Shown here in pieces: positions 20,336 through 30,656 of a stretch of DNA of 64,000 nt. The notes under the pieces were generated by a model. That model saw only the letters and a program-made list of their open reading frames with translations. It was not told the origin of the DNA and did no database searches. The stretch is taken from positions 366,172-430,171 of the forward strand of contig CAZPYM010000001.1 of the NCBI GenBank assembly GCA_964590105.1, read 5' to 3'. The DNA comes from an uncultured Gammaproteobacteria bacterium (GTDB lineage Bacteria; Patescibacteriota; Patescibacteriia; UBA11705; JABHMO01). Each line of letters starts with the position of its first letter. The stretch's first letter is position 1. A program made the position numbers and the translations under genes.

Positions 20336-21595
20336 TTATTTTAAGTCTAACTCAATCGCCATTAAGCGATTATACTTAGCGACTCGCTCTGATCGAGACA
20401 AAGATCCGGTTTTGATAAAATCAGCGTTCACAGCCACAGCCAAGTCAGCAATGAATGTGTCACAGGTTTCACCTGAACGATGTGAAACGCTTACTTTATA
20501 TTTGTTTTTCTTGGCTAGATAAATCGCATTTATTGTTTCAGTCAAACTACCGATCTGATTTAGCTTAATTAAAATTCCATTGGCAACTCCAGTATCAATT
20601 CCCTTTTGCAATCGTTCAACATTTGTAACAAACAGATCATCGCCAATCAAAACTGTTTGTCCACCAAGAAATCCGGTCAGCTTCATCCAGTTGTGCCAAT
20701 CATCTTCATGCAAAGGATCTTCCAGCGAAATAATCGGGTATTTTTTTAACCACTTGTCAAGAGTTTTAATTACCTGATCAGGCGAAATTTTTTTCTTTCC
20801 GCTTTTGTCATTCATTGAATAATCACCGGACTTTTCATCAAAATATTCTGACAAAGCCAAATCCGACGCCAGAAATGCGTCCTTGCCCGGCTTGTAACCC
20901 GCCTTTACAATTGCTTTCATGATAAATTCAAAAGCTTGTTCATTCGATTTTAAGTCCGGAGCAAAGCCGCCTTCGTCGCCGACTAATGTTTGAAACCCAG
21001 CTTCTTTTAATAATTTTTTTAGAGCGTGAAAAACTTCAGCGCCAATCTGAATTCTTTTGGCCATAGTCGGGGCGCTAGGTACGACCATAAACTCCTGCAC
21101 CGTTATAGAATTATCAGCATGCTTGCCGCCATTAATAATATTCATTGTTGGCAAAGGCATTTTCCAACCTTTTTCCGCAAGCTTGTAAGTTTTTCGAATG
21201 TACTTGTATAATGGCAGCTTGCTTGTCAAAGCGCCGGCCCTAGCAGAGGCCAGTGAAACCGCAAGTATCGCATTGGCGCCGAGCTTTGATTTATTCGGCG
21301 TGCCGTCAAGCTTGATCATTAATTCATCCAGTTTTATTTGCTCTGTAACATTCCGGCCTTTTAATAATGTCGCGATTTTCTTATTTACATTATTTACAGC
21401 TTTCAAAACTCCCTTGCCGCCATACCTTTTCTTATCGCCATCTCGAAGCTCCAGAGCTTCATGAATCCCGGTTGAAGCGCCTGACGGAACTGAAGCAGTG
21501 GCTTTAATTCCATTGATTAATTCGACCGTTGCCTGAATCGTTGGATTGCCGCGCGAATCTAATATCTCGCGTGCAGTTATTTTTTTTATTTTCAT
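20336..21595 (-). CDS. eno: enolase
   Basis: REILDSRGNPT...SHRSGETCD are enolase signatures. Confidence 0.95.
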   Translation of the reverse strand: MKIKKITAREILDSRGNPTIQATVELINGIKATASVPSGASTGIHEALELRDGDKKRYGGKGVLKAVNNVNKKIATLLKGRNVTEQIKLDELMIKLDGTPNKSKLGANAILAVSLASARAGALTSKLPLYKYIRKTYKLAEKGWKMPLPTMNIINGGKHADNSITVQEFMVVPSAPTMAKRIQIGAEVFHALKKLLKEAGFQTLVGDEGGFAPDLKSNEQAFEFIMKAIVKAGYKPGKDAFLASDLALSEYFDEKSGDYSMNDKSGKKKISPDQVIKTLDKWLKKYPIISLEDPLHEDDWHNWMKLTGFLGGQTVLIGDDLFVTNVERLQKGIDTGVANGILIKLNQIGSLTETINAIYLAKKNKYKVSVSHRSGETCDTFIADLAVAVNADFIKTGSLSRSERVAKYNRLMAIELDLK

Positions 21596-21675
21596 ATTGT
21601 TACAGATTTCCAGATTTAATTACAGATTATACAGATCTATTAAATCAATATATCAGTAATAATCCGTAATCAGTA

Positions 21676-22473
21676 CTATAAAATTTCGTACACAATAGTT
21701 ACATTTACTTGTATTTCATTTTCACCGGTCTGAATTTCCGGAGCAACGCTCTTTTCTGCCGATCCGCCCATCCCGCTGTCAAGTCCGAAATACAAAGAAC
21801 GTGGAGCCTCCCCGCCTGACTCCGTAAAAGACACTACCTTGCCCAATTTCACGCCCAGCTGATTAGCCAAAGTTTTTGCTTTTTCCTGGGCGCTTTTTAT
21901 AGCTTGCTCACGAGCCTGATCCTTCAAACCATCCTCGTTGTCAACTTTAAAGTTCAATCCGCCCACTTGATTTGCACCTTTTTCGCCGGCAACCGTAACA
22001 ATATCACTCACCTGTTTCGTGTCACGTATTTTTATGTCAAGATTTTGGGAGATTGTATAGCCGATAATATTATTTTTTCCATTTTGCCAATCGTACTTAG
22101 GATAAATATTATAATTGCTTGTTTTAATATCTTTTTCTGCCACGCCTTTTTCTTTTATCGCTTTTGTGACGGCATTCATTTTTTCAGTGTTTTCTTTTTG
22201 CGCTGTCGCTACGGTTTTCGCTTCAGTTGTCAATCCCACTTGAATTTCGGCAATATCCGGCACTGCAAAAACTTTTCCTTCGCCGTCAACAGAAATGAGA
22301 TTTGTCGTTTGCGCTGATTTCCCAATGTAATCATATTCTTTCCACGAATTCCTCGCTTCAAGAATCAAGAACCCTGCCAAACAAATTATCAAAACAATCT
22401 TAAAAACACCAAAAATCAAATGCTTTTTGTGACCGCAAAAGCGACCTGCTTCACTGTTTTGTTCCTGCATCAT
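21676..22473 (-). CDS. SIMPL/DUF541 (YggE-like) secreted protein
   Basis: An N-terminal TM anchor is followed by a SIMPL-like domain. Confidence 0.65.
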   Translation of the reverse strand: MMQEQNSEAGRFCGHKKHLIFGVFKIVLIICLAGFLILEARNSWKEYDYIGKSAQTTNLISVDGEGKVFAVPDIAEIQVGLTTEAKTVATAQKENTEKMNAVTKAIKEKGVAEKDIKTSNYNIYPKYDWQNGKNNIIGYTISQNLDIKIRDTKQVSDIVTVAGEKGANQVGGLNFKVDNEDGLKDQAREQAIKSAQEKAKTLANQLGVKLGKVVSFTESGGEAPRSLYFGLDSGMGGSAEKSVAPEIQTGENEIQVNVTIVYEIL

Positions 22474-22485
22474 AAAATTATTTTA

Positions 22486-23655
22486 TTATTTTAATGCTTT
22501 AATTCCGAGCATTGATCTGCCTTCTAAAAATTCCAGCATAGCGCTGCCGCCGGTGGAAATAAAATCATAATATCTTCCCATTTTTGACATATGAATTGCC
22601 ATTAATGTTTCTCCGCCGCCGGCAATTCCGAGCGCCCGGCCGGAAGCTCGCGCGCCAATCAACTTTGCGAGAGCCAGGGTTCCATGGCTAAATTTTGGAA
22701 TTTCAAACAATCCAAGTGGCCCAGCCCAAACAATTGTTTTAGCTGACCGAATATACAGGGAATAGAGCTTGATTGTTTCCGGGCCGATGTCTAATACCTG
22801 TTCTTCTGCGCCGCAGATTTTCTTTTGCTGGCCAATTTTTTCAACTCTTGCTTTTTGCCTCTTCTTGTCTGCAACAACGACATCAATCGGCAAAATCAAT
22901 TTTTTTGACTGCAAGAGCCGCTTGGCCCTTGCTATTTCGCCCGGCTCAACAAGTGAACCGCCTACATCATATCCTTTTGCCGCGAGAAATGTATTGGCCA
23001 GCCCGCCTCCCAACATTACTTTCTTATAAATCTTTAAAAAATTTTTAATCACCAAAATTTTTGTTTCCACTTTTGCGCCACCGATCAAAGCCACCGCCGG
23101 TTTTTTCGGTTTTAAAGCCTGGCTCAAAAATTTAACTTCATTTTCAAAATTCAACCCTGCATAACTAGGCAGCAATTTTGTTATTCCAACGGTTGAAGCG
23201 TTTTCCCTGTGCGAAGTGGCGAACGCTTCATTAACAAAAACATCGCCCATTTTTGAAAGTATCCTAGCCAGAGCCGGCTTGTTGTCATCTTCGCGCTTGT
23301 CAAAACGGATATTTTCAAGCACAACAACATCAACTTTTGGCAATGTCATTTTACCGATGGTTAAAGGTTTTGTGAAGAATTTAATACTTGCTCCTTTTAA
23401 TTTTTTTCTCAAAACTCGATAAACCGGCTCCAAGCTTAAACTTTTGACGCGCTTTCCCTCCGGCCGGCCAAAATGAGAAAGCAAAACAATTTTACATTTT
23501 TGTTTCAGTAGATATTTGATTGTCGGCAGGGCGCGCTCAATTTTATAATCATCAATCACTTTGCCGTTTTTCACGGGAACATTAAAATCAACCCGCAAAA
23601 CAACGCGTTTGTTTTTCAAATCCGCACTTTTTATTGTCGCGATTTTATTTTTCAT
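22486..23655 (-). CDS. pgk: phosphoglycerate kinase (true start probably the internal Met MKNKIATIK; the ORF extends to 23694)
   Basis: RVDFNVP..., the C-terminal ISTGGGA-like motif and the hinge motifs are present. Confidence 0.9.
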   Translation of the reverse strand: MKNKIATIKSADLKNKRVVLRVDFNVPVKNGKVIDDYKIERALPTIKYLLKQKCKIVLLSHFGRPEGKRVKSLSLEPVYRVLRKKLKGASIKFFTKPLTIGKMTLPKVDVVVLENIRFDKREDDNKPALARILSKMGDVFVNEAFATSHRENASTVGITKLLPSYAGLNFENEVKFLSQALKPKKPAVALIGGAKVETKILVIKNFLKIYKKVMLGGGLANTFLAAKGYDVGGSLVEPGEIARAKRLLQSKKLILPIDVVVADKKRQKARVEKIGQQKKICGAEEQVLDIGPETIKLYSLYIRSAKTIVWAGPLGLFEIPKFSHGTLALAKLIGARASGRALGIAGGGETLMAIHMSKMGRYYDFISTGGSAMLEFLEGRSMLGIKALK

Positions 23656-23905
23656 CGCCGGAAATGGAAACCAACTTCCAATCATAGCCGTCAACGCGAT
23701 TGATAATTATTTCCGCGCCATCAGCCAAGGTGTCCTTATTTAACATTTTTAGATTAAACTCTAAATTTTCCCCTGAAATATCCGCTCCGTGCTCTATCAC
23801 TGAACCCAAATCAATTACAATCTTTTTAACCTGCTTGAGATTGTTTTTGTTTGCTTGTTCAACTACCAGCTTGTGGATTTTATCGGCAACGTGAAGGTCA
23901 TGCAT
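23645..23905 (-). CDS. HypA-like N-domain protein lacking the C-terminal zinc finger
   Basis: It starts MHDL (HypA starts MHE) and shows the HypA N-domain hydrophobic pattern. It is 86 aa with no CxxC...CxxC, and sits immediately 3' of the hydrogenase large-subunit gene. Confidence 0.45.
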   Translation of the reverse strand: MHDLHVADKIHKLVVEQANKNNLKQVKKIVIDLGSVIEHGADISGENLEFNLKMLNKDTLADGAEIIINRVDGYDWKLVSISGDEK

Positions 23906-23906
23906 A

Positions 23907-25169
23907 CTAGTGGGTCGCGCAACTGATACAAGGATCGTAAGCGCGAATTAGAGTTTTAATTAAATCCTTTTGTTTCTTGTCCGAAAATTTTTTGATTTGC
24001 GGCAATAATTCTTCCAAATCTTTTTCCAGATTAGCCAAAAACATTGCGGTCGGAGTAATTACGTTGCAGTGTAAAATAGTGCCTTGCTTGTCCAATTCAT
24101 ATTCGTGATACAAAAGACCGCGCGGCGCTTCCATCACCGCGTATCCCTTGCCAGGGTTTGGCAGAAACTTGATCAAAAGTTTTTTCCTGGCAACCCTATT
24201 GTAACTCTCAAAATCTTTTTCAATTTGTTCAATGCAATGAATAATCTCCACCACCTGAGCCAGAATATTGTAAAACGAATTATAGCACGGTAATTTAATT
24301 TTTAATTTATTCCAGGCTTTCTTTGCTTCCGGATTCAGCTGAACAAAATTATTATTCACACGCGCCAAAGCGCCAGCCATGAATGCTCGCCCTAAATGCT
24401 GAGTACGCTTAACTTTTTCATAAGGCAAAACAATTTCGCGAACATCGCGCAAGAATGTTTCCGCGCTATCATAACTGTCATTGTCGGAAAAATATATTTT
24501 GCCATCATAAACCGCATATTCTTTATTCGATTTGAGGCTGACATAGTTTGTCGGGCGCTCAAACACCGGTAATTTATGTTTAATAATAAACTCAAAAAGC
24601 CCAATAGTTTTTTTTAACATTTCTGATTTTTGCGCCAATAATTCATTCATCTCACTGGCATCCGGCGCGACATTAAAACCGCCAATAACGCTATTAATCG
24701 GATGCACTGTGCGCCCGCCCAAGACGCGGGCCAATTGCACCCCCCACCCGCGGACTTCCAGCGCAATTTTTGATTCTTTTGGAAATTTATTTATCAAATT
24801 GAAATTATTGGAAACGCCTACAATGTCCGGAAAGGAGAAAAAATAAGCATGCACTGCATGGCTGTGAATTATTTGTGCGCATTCCATCATTTTCCGAAGT
24901 AAAATAATTTCCGGCGTAACCCGAATATTCAGTGCCTGCTCCATTGCTTTGATGGAAGTTAAATTGTGAACAATCGGACACACTCCGCAGATTCTGGAAG
25001 TGATTACCGGCGCTTCATAATATTTTCGGCCAAGCAAAATCCCCTCAATCAAGCGCGCGCCCTCCACTGTTTCTATCCGCGCCTGCGCAAAATCATTGTT
25101 CAGCATGGCACCGATAAAGCTTAAGTGGCCTTCGGTTTTTGCAATGTGGCCAATTTGAATAGTTTTCAT
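23907..25169 (-). CDS. [NiFe]-hydrogenase large (alpha) subunit, group 3b-like
   Basis: An N-terminal RICGVCP nickel-binding motif and a C-terminal DPCISCATH motif. Confidence 0.85.
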   Translation of the reverse strand: MKTIQIGHIAKTEGHLSFIGAMLNNDFAQARIETVEGARLIEGILLGRKYYEAPVITSRICGVCPIVHNLTSIKAMEQALNIRVTPEIILLRKMMECAQIIHSHAVHAYFFSFPDIVGVSNNFNLINKFPKESKIALEVRGWGVQLARVLGGRTVHPINSVIGGFNVAPDASEMNELLAQKSEMLKKTIGLFEFIIKHKLPVFERPTNYVSLKSNKEYAVYDGKIYFSDNDSYDSAETFLRDVREIVLPYEKVKRTQHLGRAFMAGALARVNNNFVQLNPEAKKAWNKLKIKLPCYNSFYNILAQVVEIIHCIEQIEKDFESYNRVARKKLLIKFLPNPGKGYAVMEAPRGLLYHEYELDKQGTILHCNVITPTAMFLANLEKDLEELLPQIKKFSDKKQKDLIKTLIRAYDPCISCATH

Positions 25170-25173
25170 AAAT

Positions 25174-25611
25174 TTAAATCCTATAAATCACATTATCATT
25201 ATAATTATCAATCATTTTTTTTGATGCCGGATAAATATTCAATGGCAGTTCGCTTAAATCAAACCATTTCCATTGTGTAATTTCATCCGGCTCTAAAACT
25301 CTTGCTTCTCCCTCAAAATCTGTACACAAAAAACCAATTGTTGTAAAATGCGCATCCGGAACTATCTCATCTGTTATACTGAGTAATTTTAATGAATTAA
25401 CCTTAATACCGGTTTCTTCCATAAGCTCTTTATTTACATTTTCAACTAAAGTTAAGCCAAAATCTGCTTTGCCCCCGGGAAAAGTCCAAGTTCCCTCTCC
25501 ATGCAATTCTGAAGAAGCTTTTTCAGGATCATCATGTCTTTTGCCCAACAAAACCTTATTTTCTATAAGCAACATAATCCCTACGCCGGCTCTTACATAT
25601 TTTTTTTGCAT
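25174..25611 (-). CDS. NUDIX hydrolase
   Basis: The Nudix box GGKADFGLTLVENVNKELMEETG is present. Confidence 0.8.
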   Translation of the reverse strand: MQKKYVRAGVGIMLLIENKVLLGKRHDDPEKASSELHGEGTWTFPGGKADFGLTLVENVNKELMEETGIKVNSLKLLSITDEIVPDAHFTTIGFLCTDFEGEARVLEPDEITQWKWFDLSELPLNIYPASKKMIDNYNDNVIYRI

Positions 25612-25616
25612 ATTTT

Positions 25617-26363
25617 TTACTTATTGATCAATTCTTTCACCCCAAAAACCTCAAAATACTTAGTAATTTCCTTGTCTGAATATTTTTCTCTTAATTTTTT
25701 TATTAAATTGCTGACTTCCGCGTCTTCAACCAAGCCGCGGCATCCCCAGCAGCCTTGTTTTGACTTCAAACAAATAGCGCCGCAACCACCCTGGGTAATT
25801 GGCCCCAAGCAAACTTGGCCTTTTTGCAAAACACACTCCCTTCCCTGAATTTGACATTCATAACAAACAGGATTTTGCGTTATGGCCGGAGCTTTGCCAA
25901 TTAACAGCTGATAAACAAAATCATAAAATTCTTGGCCGGTAATTGGGCAGCCTGGCACAGAAAAATCAACTTTTACATAGGCGCTAAGCGGCTTGACATC
26001 AATATTTTCGATTCCCTCTTTTCCCTGATAAACATAATTATGAATCTTTTTCGTGTCATGATATTGCTTCATGTGGTAAATCCCGCCCATATGCGCGCAA
26101 GATCCGATTGAAATCAAGTACTGAGAGTTTTTTCGCGCTCGTTGCAAAACACTGATATCTTCACTGGTCAGAGGACTACCTTCAACAAAAGCAATGGCGT
26201 ATCTTTCGTCATCTGAATGAGCGGCTTCTTCAAACAAACGGAAATTAACCACTTCAATTTTTTTCGTCAGTTGTAGCAATTTCCCGGGCAAATCCAAAAT
26301 CGCCATACAGCATCCTTCGCAGGCGGTCAGGGGAATAATCGCGATTTTGATTTTATCAGCCAT
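25617..26363 (-). CDS. [NiFe]-hydrogenase small (delta) subunit
   Basis: The N-terminal CEGCC motif, further Cys clusters, and its position within the hydrogenase operon. Confidence 0.8.
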   Translation of the reverse strand: MADKIKIAIIPLTACEGCCMAILDLPGKLLQLTKKIEVVNFRLFEEAAHSDDERYAIAFVEGSPLTSEDISVLQRARKNSQYLISIGSCAHMGGIYHMKQYHDTKKIHNYVYQGKEGIENIDVKPLSAYVKVDFSVPGCPITGQEFYDFVYQLLIGKAPAITQNPVCYECQIQGRECVLQKGQVCLGPITQGGCGAICLKSKQGCWGCRGLVEDAEVSNLIKKLREKYSDKEITKYFEVFGVKELINK

Positions 26364-26365
26364 AG

Positions 26366-26836
26366 TTATTTTAATTTTTCTAAAAGCATTTTCAATTCTT
26401 CCGGCCTTTCTGAAATAAAAAAATATGCGCGTTTTTCCTTTTTAAATTTAATTTTTAGCCCCTTACCGCCTCTCGGCGTGTAGCCGATAGTTTTGTCCCG
26501 GCCATAACGAATACCATAGCCAAGATAATTTGAAAATTTATATTCGCTAATTTCAATCTTTTCTATATTGCCCAGATAAAACTTTTTTTTAAAATAACCA
26601 AAACCCAAAATTATTTGATTTTCAGTGACAGTAATTACCAGTTCTCTAAAAGAAATCAGAACAACTACGCTAAGTAACAGAACAATCCCAAGAATGATTT
26701 TTGCCGGCATGGTCAAAGGAACCGCCTTTGAAGTAAATTGAGAAACTAAGGCCGTCAGAAAAATCAAGCAGGAAACCAAAAGCATAACAAAAACAAACAC
26801 ATACGCGGGGACTTTCTCCTGATATTGAATATTCAT
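26366..26836 (-). CDS. hypothetical membrane protein with bacterial PH-like domain
   Basis: Two N-terminal TM helices are followed by a soluble domain resembling YdbT/bPH_2. Confidence 0.45.
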   Translation of the reverse strand: MNIQYQEKVPAYVFVFVMLLVSCLIFLTALVSQFTSKAVPLTMPAKIILGIVLLLSVVVLISFRELVITVTENQIILGFGYFKKKFYLGNIEKIEISEYKFSNYLGYGIRYGRDKTIGYTPRGGKGLKIKFKKEKRAYFFISERPEELKMLLEKLK

Positions 26837-27630
26837 AAGTACTTATTTTTACTTAAAAACTCATAATTAAACACCGGACCATCCTTACAAACGTACTTTG
26901 TGCCAATGGCGCAGTGCTGACAAACACCGAGCCCGCAATGCATTCTTTTTTCCAAAGAAAAATAAATATTTTCCGGCTTAACTTTTTTTACCAGTAATTC
27001 TTTGACCACGTATTTATACATCACTTCCGGCCCGCAAATAAAAACCAACGCGTCATTCAATAACTTTTTCTTTTTAATTAAATCCGTGACAAATCCTTTT
27101 TGCGAAGAAAAGCCGGGCATTGTTTCTTTTTCCAATATTAAATTAAAATCATGCTTATTTTTTATCTTTGAATATTCTTTTTTAAAAACCAGGGAATCTT
27201 GAGTAGCGCAGCCAAATAATATCTGGAGCTTAATGTCTTTTCTGCTTTTATTTTCTTCATAAACGCTTCGGAGAGGAATAAAACCGCAGCCGCCGCCAAT
27301 TAAAATTAAACTTTTATTGACCAACGGAAACCCATTGCCAAACGGTCCGCGCACATAGACTGTTTCACCTTGTTTTAATCTGTTAAGTTTAACAGTCAAT
27401 TCACCCACTTCGCGGATAGTCAAGCTAAAAGACTTGGCCGCTTCTTTGGGGTTTGAAGAAATTGAAATCGGGCATTCGCCAAATCCTGGCAAGCCGATCA
27501 TCATGAATTGGCCAGCCAGAAATTGAAATTTTTCCTGGTTTTTTATTTGCAAACGCAAAGTCCGGGTAATCGGATTTTCATTGATTACCTTGATGACTCG
27601 CGCGGGTTTTAATTCAAAAAAATTCTTCAT
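26833..27630 (-). CDS. hydrogenase gamma subunit (FAD/NAD(P)-binding oxidoreductase, HydG-like)
   Basis: Ferredoxin-NADP reductase-like fold motifs and a C-terminal Cys cluster (CGLGVCQHC). Confidence 0.8.
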   Translation of the reverse strand: MKNFFELKPARVIKVINENPITRTLRLQIKNQEKFQFLAGQFMMIGLPGFGECPISISSNPKEAAKSFSLTIREVGELTVKLNRLKQGETVYVRGPFGNGFPLVNKSLILIGGGCGFIPLRSVYEENKSRKDIKLQILFGCATQDSLVFKKEYSKIKNKHDFNLILEKETMPGFSSQKGFVTDLIKKKKLLNDALVFICGPEVMYKYVVKELLVKKVKPENIYFSLEKRMHCGLGVCQHCAIGTKYVCKDGPVFNYEFLSKNKYL

Positions 27631-28595
27631 GATTTTTCCTTTTTCAAACGCTGAATATTTTTTGCAATATCAATTCCCACCGGACAAACGCGGACACAGC
27701 GTCCGCAACCAACACAACCGTAATAATTATATTCGTCAGGAATACGGACAAACTTGTGAGTATACCAAAAATATAATTTCTTTTTGACTGAATCCAAATC
27801 TTTGTGGCCGCCGGCGACTTTGGAAAACTCCGGATAAAAACAGTTGCCCCACTGCCGGACTTTTTTTACATTTGCAAATTCAGCTTTATCTTTTTCATCA
27901 AAACAAAAACAAGTCGGGCAAACAATCGAACATTTGCCGCAGGCCAGGCATGTCTGTGCCAATTCATCCCAAATCGGGTCTTCTGCGCTTTGTTCAATGG
28001 CCAGCCTTTTGGCCGCAATCACCGGATTGACTCCTTTTTGCGGAATAATTCCGGCAAATTCAATATTTTCATAATCAGTAATTCCATTTTCTTCCAGAAG
28101 TTGCTGGCCTTTTTCTGAACCGGAAAATGCCAGAAAATTACCGTCTTTTTGCTTCTCTATAAAAACATCAAAAATTAAATGTTCCAAAATATTTTCTTCA
28201 TAGCTCAAGTGCTGTGCCTTATATCTGCGATAATCCGCTTCCAGCCCACCGGTGTAGCCGCAAACAAAAATATTCTGCCGGCGCCGCTGAAAATAAATAT
28301 CTTTTTCAAAAACCTGTTCAAACAAAGTCAAAGCCTGCAAATCCAGAACATTCATACCCCAGACAAACGTTTTATTTTCATTTTCAAAAATCGCCTTATT
28401 GTTTTCAAACAATGTTTCACTGGCCGGCAGAAAAATATTTTTGAATGAGTTAACAGGCATGTCGCCCGACCAGTCAATCTGTCGCTGATCCTCGATTGGC
28501 AAAACCTTAACTTGACCATCCTGCCGCGATGGAGCATAAAACAAACCCGTGCCAATTAATTTGGCTAAAAACTTGTCCACTGTCGCCTGATTCAT
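27627..28595 (-). CDS. hydrogenase beta subunit (4Fe-4S protein, HydB-like)
   Basis: Ferredoxin motifs CLACGKCSIVCP and CVGCGRCVRVCP. Confidence 0.8.
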   Translation of the reverse strand: MNQATVDKFLAKLIGTGLFYAPSRQDGQVKVLPIEDQRQIDWSGDMPVNSFKNIFLPASETLFENNKAIFENENKTFVWGMNVLDLQALTLFEQVFEKDIYFQRRRQNIFVCGYTGGLEADYRRYKAQHLSYEENILEHLIFDVFIEKQKDGNFLAFSGSEKGQQLLEENGITDYENIEFAGIIPQKGVNPVIAAKRLAIEQSAEDPIWDELAQTCLACGKCSIVCPTCFCFDEKDKAEFANVKKVRQWGNCFYPEFSKVAGGHKDLDSVKKKLYFWYTHKFVRIPDEYNYYGCVGCGRCVRVCPVGIDIAKNIQRLKKEKS

Positions 28596-28785
28596 ATAAT
28601 GGAATTATAGCAAATTATGCTTATAAACAAAAGAGACCAACTGTGAATTAGTTGATCCCCTCCTGGGCCAAGCTATTTTTGGGCTTTTTTCGCCTTTTTC
28701 TTTGGCTTGGCTTTTGCTTTACAACAGCAACCGCACATAAAATTATTCTTATTTATCTTTTGCAATAAAATTATAACATAACCAA

Positions 28786-29997
28786 TCAATCTCGCAACCT
28801 AAAACCTCCGACCTTTTTCCGAAGTTTATTGAGTTTTAACAAAAATGCCGGTTTGACTGTTAATTCTCCATAACGATCGTTTATTTTATCAAGAAACGGA
28901 ATCAGTTCGGTCCTTTTGCGATCAGCTAACCAAAGCGGCAACTGGCAAAAACCGGCATCCTGCAAATTGCTCACCTGAATGCCAACCAGGCGCACTGCCC
29001 GCGCCAACCTGAACTTGCTTATTTTTGCTTCGCCAAACTGGAAGAAGACGGCGCTGTCATTAAGATGGCGGGCAAAAGTCTGGCGCGCTCCGGCGTGAGT
29101 AAAATCAGCATACCGCCAATAAATCACAACCGTCCTGCCGGTCAATTTCAAACGCCGCAATTCGCGGCCGACTTTTTCGCACAAATGAAGCAAGACCACC
29201 AAGATTTCTTGCTTGTCAAAAGTATTTCGAGGCAAAGTATATGACCGGCCGACTGATTTCACGGCCGTCTCGATAAAATATGGGGTAACCGGCGAATCAT
29301 CCAGTCCCCGCGCCATATTATACAATTTCTGACCGCAAAAACTTCCAAATATTTGCTGAAGCAAAACAAGCGGTTGTTCTCTCAATTTAATCACGCTATC
29401 AATGCCCAAAGAAAGCAAATGTTTTTCCAGCCGGCGCCCGATACCACAAAAATCAGTTAGCTTTGAATAATTCAAAACTTCTAACTGATTCTGTTCATTA
29501 ATCAAAAAAAGCCCATCCGGCTTATTTATATCAGAGGCTAATTTAGCCAGCAATTTATTTCCCGCGATACCAACGGAGGCGGTAACAACTTCGCCGAGCT
29601 CGCGCACAATTTCAATTTTTATTTTTTTTGCCCGGCTAACGGCCTCTGCTTCAGTCTTCACATAGCCGGTCATGTCCAAAAATGCTTCGTCAATGCTGAA
29701 AACTTCCACTGCTTCAGTGTATTTTTTTAATATGACGATCAGCCGACGGCTGATATTCTCATACTTGGCGCCGTCCGGCTCAACAAAAATTATTGCGGGA
29801 TAAATTTTTTTTGCTTCAAATGGCAGCATTCCAGTTTTGATTCCGAGCTTCTTTGCCTCCCGAGATGAAGCAACAATCACCGAACGCGACCCTTGTTTTC
29901 CGCAAACAACTATTGGCCGGCCGCGCAAACTCTGGCAGGCTTGCTGCTCACAGCTGGCAAAAAAAGAATCCATATCAACATGGAAAATAACGCGCAT
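28786..29997 (-). CDS. dinB: DNA polymerase IV (Y-family translesion polymerase)
   Basis: The N-terminus MRVIFHVDMDSFFASCE is a Y-family signature. Confidence 0.9.
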   Translation of the reverse strand: MRVIFHVDMDSFFASCEQQACQSLRGRPIVVCGKQGSRSVIVASSREAKKLGIKTGMLPFEAKKIYPAIIFVEPDGAKYENISRRLIVILKKYTEAVEVFSIDEAFLDMTGYVKTEAEAVSRAKKIKIEIVRELGEVVTASVGIAGNKLLAKLASDINKPDGLFLINEQNQLEVLNYSKLTDFCGIGRRLEKHLLSLGIDSVIKLREQPLVLLQQIFGSFCGQKLYNMARGLDDSPVTPYFIETAVKSVGRSYTLPRNTFDKQEILVVLLHLCEKVGRELRRLKLTGRTVVIYWRYADFTHAGARQTFARHLNDSAVFFQFGEAKISKFRLARAVRLVGIQVSNLQDAGFCQLPLWLADRKRTELIPFLDKINDRYGELTVKPAFLLKLNKLRKKVGGFRLRD

Positions 29998-30054
29998 AAA
30001 ACTCTAAATTTAAAATTTCCCAATTTATTAAATCCAAATAGCGCTATTTAGAGT

Positions 30055-30300
30055 TTAAGTATAGTATGCTTCTTCCAAAACCCATCGGCTGCTCTCCGTA
30101 TAAAAACAAAGTTTAAAACTGTCTTCGCCCGCGCTGACAGAAAAAAAATAACATTTGTCATGGCCGATTCGCTCACTGTGAACCAAATTAACCTTATTGA
30201 TTGAGTATTTTTTATTATCCCAACTAAAAGACAAAGGAAGAACCTTGCCCTTCATAAATGCAACTAAAACCTCAACTTGTTGGTTAATTGTTTCGAGCAT
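30055..30300 (-). CDS. hypothetical protein
   Basis: An 81-aa ORF with no recognisable motif. Confidence 0.35.
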   Translation of the reverse strand: MLETINQQVEVLVAFMKGKVLPLSFSWDNKKYSINKVNLVHSERIGHDKCYFFSVSAGEDSFKLCFYTESSRWVLEEAYYT

Positions 30301-30656
30301 ATATTCTGAAAAGCAACACTAATCCATTAATCTTCTTAAAAATTTTAGAATTGATTGTTTAATCTCCTCTGTTTCCATAATTAGATTTTGATTTTAATAA
30401 TTAATTCCGGAGTAAGGGGAATAAAAGTACTTTTCATATTATTGCGGACACACAAATCAACAAGCAGATTTTTTATACGTTAAATCCGCAGGGGATCCGT
30501 GAAAGTCGCATTATTAAACGTAAATAGTTAGGTCTTCCCAAAGACCACGAAGATTTCTGAATAATTTTTTGAGTTTTCTTTTGCTCATATGCTTTTCCTT
30601 GGCGAAAGGGTTAAATATCCATGCTTATTAAATATTCAACCCCGCCGCCTTATTAA

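Noticed and set aside
22486-23694. The annotated 402-aa extent of pgk
   Set aside because: The first 13 codons (MTAMIGSWFPFPA) overlap the hypA-like gene and lack PGK homology. The start was moved to the internal Met at 23655.
28596-28785. Possible terminator or ncRNA in the dinB-hydB intergenic region (GGGCCAAGC...TTTGGGC)
   Set aside because: There is no convincing stem plus U-tract on either strand, and it is probably just a promoter region for the hydrogenase operon.
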